Both the position numbers and the translations under genes were made by a program. Shown in pieces: positions 59,501 through 64,000 of a stretch of 64,000 bases of DNA. Under the pieces are notes generated by a model. The model was not told the DNA's origin, ran no database searches, and worked only from the letters and a program-made list of their open reading frames with translations. This DNA is from a virus (taxonomy: Duplodnaviria > Caudoviricetes): the IMG/VR virus record IMGVR_UViG_2923098224_000002, positions 31,541 through 95,540 of that record; one strand, given 5' to 3'. Positions within the stretch are counted from its first letter, which is position 1. Each line of letters opens with the position of its first letter.

Positions 59501-62500
59501 CTCTTCAGCACTGGGTAAACTCCAAGAGAAAATGCAATCAGCGTTGAATTCAAATGATGAAAAAGCATTTGATAACGCAAAAAAAGACCTGCAAACCCTT
59601 TTAGAGACCTATGCTGACTCTGGTTCATCAATTGATGTCTTTAAGTTGAGCTTTGATAAGGCACAAAAGAACATTAAAGATGGCGACAAAGCCGTTTCTT
59701 CTGTTAAATCAGAAGTTGGTGATTTAGGTGAAACACTTGCTGAGGCAGGTAATGAAGCTGAAGATTTTAGTCAAAAACTAAAAAAAGCGCTTGATACAAA
59801 TGATATCAATCAGATTAAGGATCTTATTAAAGAACTCTCAGAAGGAATAAAATTTGGCTCTGTTCAAGATATCCTTAATGGAGATGTTTTTAATAACACC
59901 AAAGAACAAGTTGCGCCTTTAAATGAGCTTTTAGAAAAGATGGCTGAAGGAAAGAGCATTTCTGCCAATGAAGCTAATGCTCTAATCCAAAAAGATAAAG
60001 AATTAGCCAAAGCAATAAGTTATGAAAATGGTGTTATAAAGGTTAACCGAGATGAAGTAATTCGTCAGCGAAAAGTTAAACTTGATGCGTATGATGACAT
60101 GGTTCGATATAGCAATCACCTAATGAAAACCGAGGTTAACAACGCTATTAAGACCTTAAACGCTGATACGTTAAGGATTGACAGCCTTAGAAAGCTACGA
60201 AGAGAGCGTAAACTTGATATATCCGAAGCAGAATTGTCTCAGCTCGAAGTTAAATCAATTAATAATGTAGCTGATGCGAAGAAAGAATTACATAAGATTG
60301 AAGAAAAAATGTTGCAACCTGGTGGATTTTCTAACAGCCAAATCTCTGCAATGGATAGCGTTAGAGCTGCTCTTAAATCCTACATCTCAGCATCTGAAGA
60401 AGCTACATCTACTCAGGAAACAAACAAACAAGCGTTAATTGAATCTGGAACTTCCCTTGAAAAATGGACAGACGAGCAAGAGAAAGCTAATGAAGAAACC
60501 AAAACATCTACTTATGTAACTGATAAGTATAAAGAGGCTTTAGAAAAGGTATCATCTGTAATTGACGAACAAAACAAGAAGTTAAACGACTATGCAAAAT
60601 GGTCTCAAAAATACAGAAATAACCTAAAGAAAGAAATCAAAGAACTCCAACAAAAGAAAAAGCTTATGCAGGAGCAAGCCAAACTCCTCAAGGATCAAAT
60701 TAAGTCAGGGAACATTACACAATACGGTATTGTTACCTCTTCCCTTTCCTCTGGATCATCTTCCGGTGGTTCTTATTCTTCCGGTGGCGGGTCTTACTCC
60801 GGTAAATACTCCAGCTACATTAATTCTGCCGCAAGCAAATACGGTGTTGATCCAGCTCTAATTGCAGCTGTAATCCAACAAGAATCAGGATTCAATGCAA
60901 GAGCTCGTTCTGGAGCCGGAGCTGCTGGTTTGATGCAGCTGATGCCATCCACAGCTAAGAGTTTAGGTGTAAACAATGTTTATGATCCTTATCAGAGCAT
61001 TATGGGTGGCACGAAATATTTAGCCCAACAACTAAGCAAATTTGGTGGCAATGTAGAGAAAGCACTTGCTGCTTATAACGCAGGGCCTGGTAATGTAATT
61101 AAATATGGTGGAGTCCCTCCCTTCAAAGAAACACAGAATTATGTTCAGAAGATCATGTCAAATTACACCAAGTCAATGACTTCTGCTAATTCCTCTATTG
61201 CAAGCTACTACACGAAGAACAGTGCGTTTAGAATAAGTTCTAAGTATGGTGCACAAGATGGCGCTTACCGATCAACTCCACATAAAGGTATCGACTTCGC
61301 AGCAAAAGCTGGAACCGCAATTAAATCGGTTCAGAGTGGAAAAGTCCAAATTGCTGGTTATAGTAAAACTGCCGGTAACTGGGTTGTCATTCAGCAGGAT
61401 GATGGAAAAGTTGCTAAGTATATGCATATGCTTGATACCCCTTCTGTTAAAGCCGGTCAAACTGTTAAAGCTGGACAGACCATCGGTAAAGTTGGCAGTA
61501 CGGGTAATTCAACAGGAAATCACCTTCATCTTCAAATTGAGGAAAACGGAAAGACGGTTGACCCTGAGAAGTATTTAAAAGGTGTCGGTACATCTATTTC
61601 AGATGCATCTCAAGCTGAAGCAGAACGACAGCAAGCAATAGCGCAAGCTAAATCCGACCTCCTCTCCCTCCAAGGTGATATCAGTTCTGTTGGAGAACAA
61701 ATAGAAGAGCTTCAATACGAAATTGTGCAGTCAAAGCTTGATGAGTTTGATAAGCGTATTGGTGATTTTGATTTAGCAATTGCCAAGAACCAAGCCTTAG
61801 CAAGTCATTATCTGTCAGACAGTAAACAGTTTAGAAAGTATACTGCAGAACAGAAAAAAGCAATGACTGAACAGCAAAAGATTCAGAGTCAAAAGGTTTC
61901 ATGGATACAAAAAGAAATTTCAGCCAATAAAAATTTGAATTCTGCCCAAAAAGCTCAACTTAAAGAAGAGCTGAAGCAAGCTAAAATAGACCTTATCAAC
62001 TTTCAAGAGCAAGTAAGGGAATTGCAAGGGCAAATAGTTCAATCTAAAGTAGATGAAACTTTAAAGTCAATACAAAAATCATCAAACAAGACTGAATCCA
62101 AGATCAAAGACGTTGACAATAAAATATCAATGACTGAAAAAGACAAGGATTAGTCAGCAAGTCAAATTAGTACAGCAACAACAGGCTGAGGCCAAAAAAT
62201 ACATCAAGCAATTAGAGGAACAGAAAAAAGCAGCAAAGGGATTTCCGGAAATACAAGAGCAGATTACGAATGAGATCGAAAATTGGAAAGATAAGCAGAA
62301 AGATTTTAATCTGGAGCTTTATAACACCAAGAAGTCGATCAAGGACATCTATAAATCCCTTGCTGATGAAGTTGTCTCCATCTACAAAGAGATGTACGAA
62401 AAGATGCGTGATATTGAATTAAAAGCGCATCAAAAAGCTACGCAAGACTTGATTGATGAGATTGATAAAACTGATGATGAAGCTAAATACCAAAAAGAGC

Positions 62501-63390
62501 TCAAAGAAAAGAATCAGGCTATTCAGGAAACCAAAGATAAACTAAACAAACTATCCCTTAATGACTCTGATGAAGCAAAATCACAGGTTAGAGACTTGGA
62601 AAAGCAACTACAAGAACAGCAAGAAGCATTAGATGAATTTCTTAAAGATCGTAGCAATACGAAACGTAAGGAAGCACTTCAAGACCAACTTGAAAAAGAT
62701 CAGGATGCCATAAATGACAAGTATGATAACCTGACAAATGATGAGAGAGAGTTCAAGAAAATTGAAGACAAACTCATGAACGGTAAAATCACTGACATCT
62801 CCAAGCAGCTTAATGAATTCTCTAAATTCATTAACAGCAATATGGAGTCCATCGGTAAGAGTATTTCTAATAACCTGATTGACAAGCTTAAAGAAGCTTC
62901 TAATGCCTTAAATACCGTTGTCAAAGGCAATACCACCGGTCAAAAGGTTGCTAGGTTTAAAACTGGAGGGCATGTAGGTAAGCTACCAGCGGCGGGTGCT
63001 CTCGCAGTAGTGGATAGCGGAGAACTCATCTTAAATGAGTCAGACACCAAAAACATGCTTAAAGCAGTAGACACTGTACGTGAATTGTCGGAAAAAGATT
63101 TAAATGGTGCCCCTTCTGCAAAGCCTGATTTAAGTAAGTATAAAGATTTCCTTAGTGATGTTTCGTTTGCTGGTGGTAAGTTTGGAATACCAAGTTTAAG
63201 TGCGAACGTTAAAACAAACGTTCCAGATTCTCTTGTTAGCAACAAAACAGAGACTTCTACAGTAAACAACGACTTTAACTTTACAGTAACCATTAAAGAA
63301 ACTGGGAATCCTCAGAAAGCTGTTGATTTAATGTACAAGCAATTTACAAATGGCCTCAAAAACAAGGGGTTAAATTTCAACAACTCATGA
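56514..63390 (+). pseudogene. yomI: SPbeta YomI/CwlP-like tape measure protein with SLT and M23 domains, frameshifted at ~62151
   Basis: TMP core; QQESGF...GLMQLMP...AAYNAG (SLT); HKGIDF, YMH, HLH (M23); stop at 62151-62153 while the shifted frame from 62152 runs into ORF 62392..63390. Confidence 0.85.
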
Positions 63391-63564
63391 GCCAGTATAC
63401 ATGCTGGCTCTATATAAAGCAGGAAACGCAACTGTTAAAAATTATGTAAAGCTCGAATTTTCAATTACAGAAGTCAGCAATGCAAAAGAGACAGCGAATA
63501 TGGTGTTCAAGTAAATCACAAATAGTCCGAAAAAAAGGACTTAATTTTAATATTGGGTAACAGT

Positions 63565-63610
63565 GGTGTACTTCCAGTTCATTTTTCGAGTGGGAAGTAC
63601 ACCCTTTTTT
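63565..63610 (+). terminator. Intrinsic terminator-like hairpin
   Basis: GGTGTACTTCC...GGAAGTACACC followed by a T-run. Confidence 0.55.
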
Positions 63611-63826
63611 GTCAAGCCATACTTTTGCCACTTATAAGTGAGGGTTTAAGAGCTTTTTGGAGCATTAACTGCATAAAACAAGCATAAGATAGCAAAAATA
63701 GGGGAAAAGGGTACTGAGAAGTGGAAAAAACTTGTTTATGATGCCTGATTGTATTACACTTATTGTACATTCACCGAACGCACAATGTGATTGTATAATA
63801 AGCAATCATTTTTGTGAGGTGTTTAG

Positions 63827-64000
63827 ATGGATCGGAAAAAGGAGGATGAGAATATGGCTATTAATCATATGACAATTCCTAAAACTCAATCTGAGGCAAT
63901 GAAGAACATTAGGCGTATTATGCAAAATAAGATGAAGGAAAATCGAATTTCTTACCAACAAGTAGTGAGATCTATCGAAGATGCGAAGAATGGGAGATAA
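63827..64000 (+). CDS. Small hypothetical protein (57 aa; alternative start 63854)
   Basis: Manual translation; AAAGGAGG RBS before 63854; stop at window end. Confidence 0.5.
   Translation: MDRKKEDENMAINHMTIPKTQSEAMKNIRRIMQNKMKENRISYQQVVRSIEDAKNGR

Larger units (their letters stand above)
34056..63390. mobile_element. Element 2: SPbeta-related compact prophage or satellite; right end not located
   Basis: int-repressor-xis, aimR/aimP, yonO, SPbeta-like tail genes, own head module; abrupt drop in GC content. Confidence 0.88.

Overview
Bacillus (subtilis/amyloliquefaciens group) chromosome containing two mobile elements in tandem, joined at a 3' fragment of tRNA-Val(GAC) at 34008-34056. Element 1 (1 to ~34056, more GC-rich) is the right-hand part of a siphovirus prophage. 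It has accessory/regulatory genes, an ATP-dependent DNA ligase, an HNH nuclease, packaging, head, tail, receptor-binding and lysis genes, and right-end morons. Element 2 (~34056 to beyond 63390, AT-rich) is a compact SPbeta-related element. It has an integrase/repressor/excisionase, an arbitrium aimR-aimP pair (peptide GFGRGA) whose AimR lacks the HTH, and a YonO-type single-subunit RNA polymerase. It also carries SPbeta-like tail-tube and tape-measure genes and its own terminase/portal/capsid module, but no tail tip or lysis genes within the window, so it may be a satellite. It shows two inactivating lesions. The top finding is an unannotated 27-codon gene at 1420-1503 (MGMPRGANPLESAIRGAGPAESASRGA) with its own RBS, promoter candidate and terminator. 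It concatenates three arbitrium-type hexapeptides (GMPRGA of SPbeta, SAIRGA of phi3T, and SASRGA) with no signal peptide and no adjacent aimR. It is a candidate multi-signal mimic that would push rival SPbeta-family phages toward lysogeny. Family assignments come from motif recognition and recall, not from database searches.
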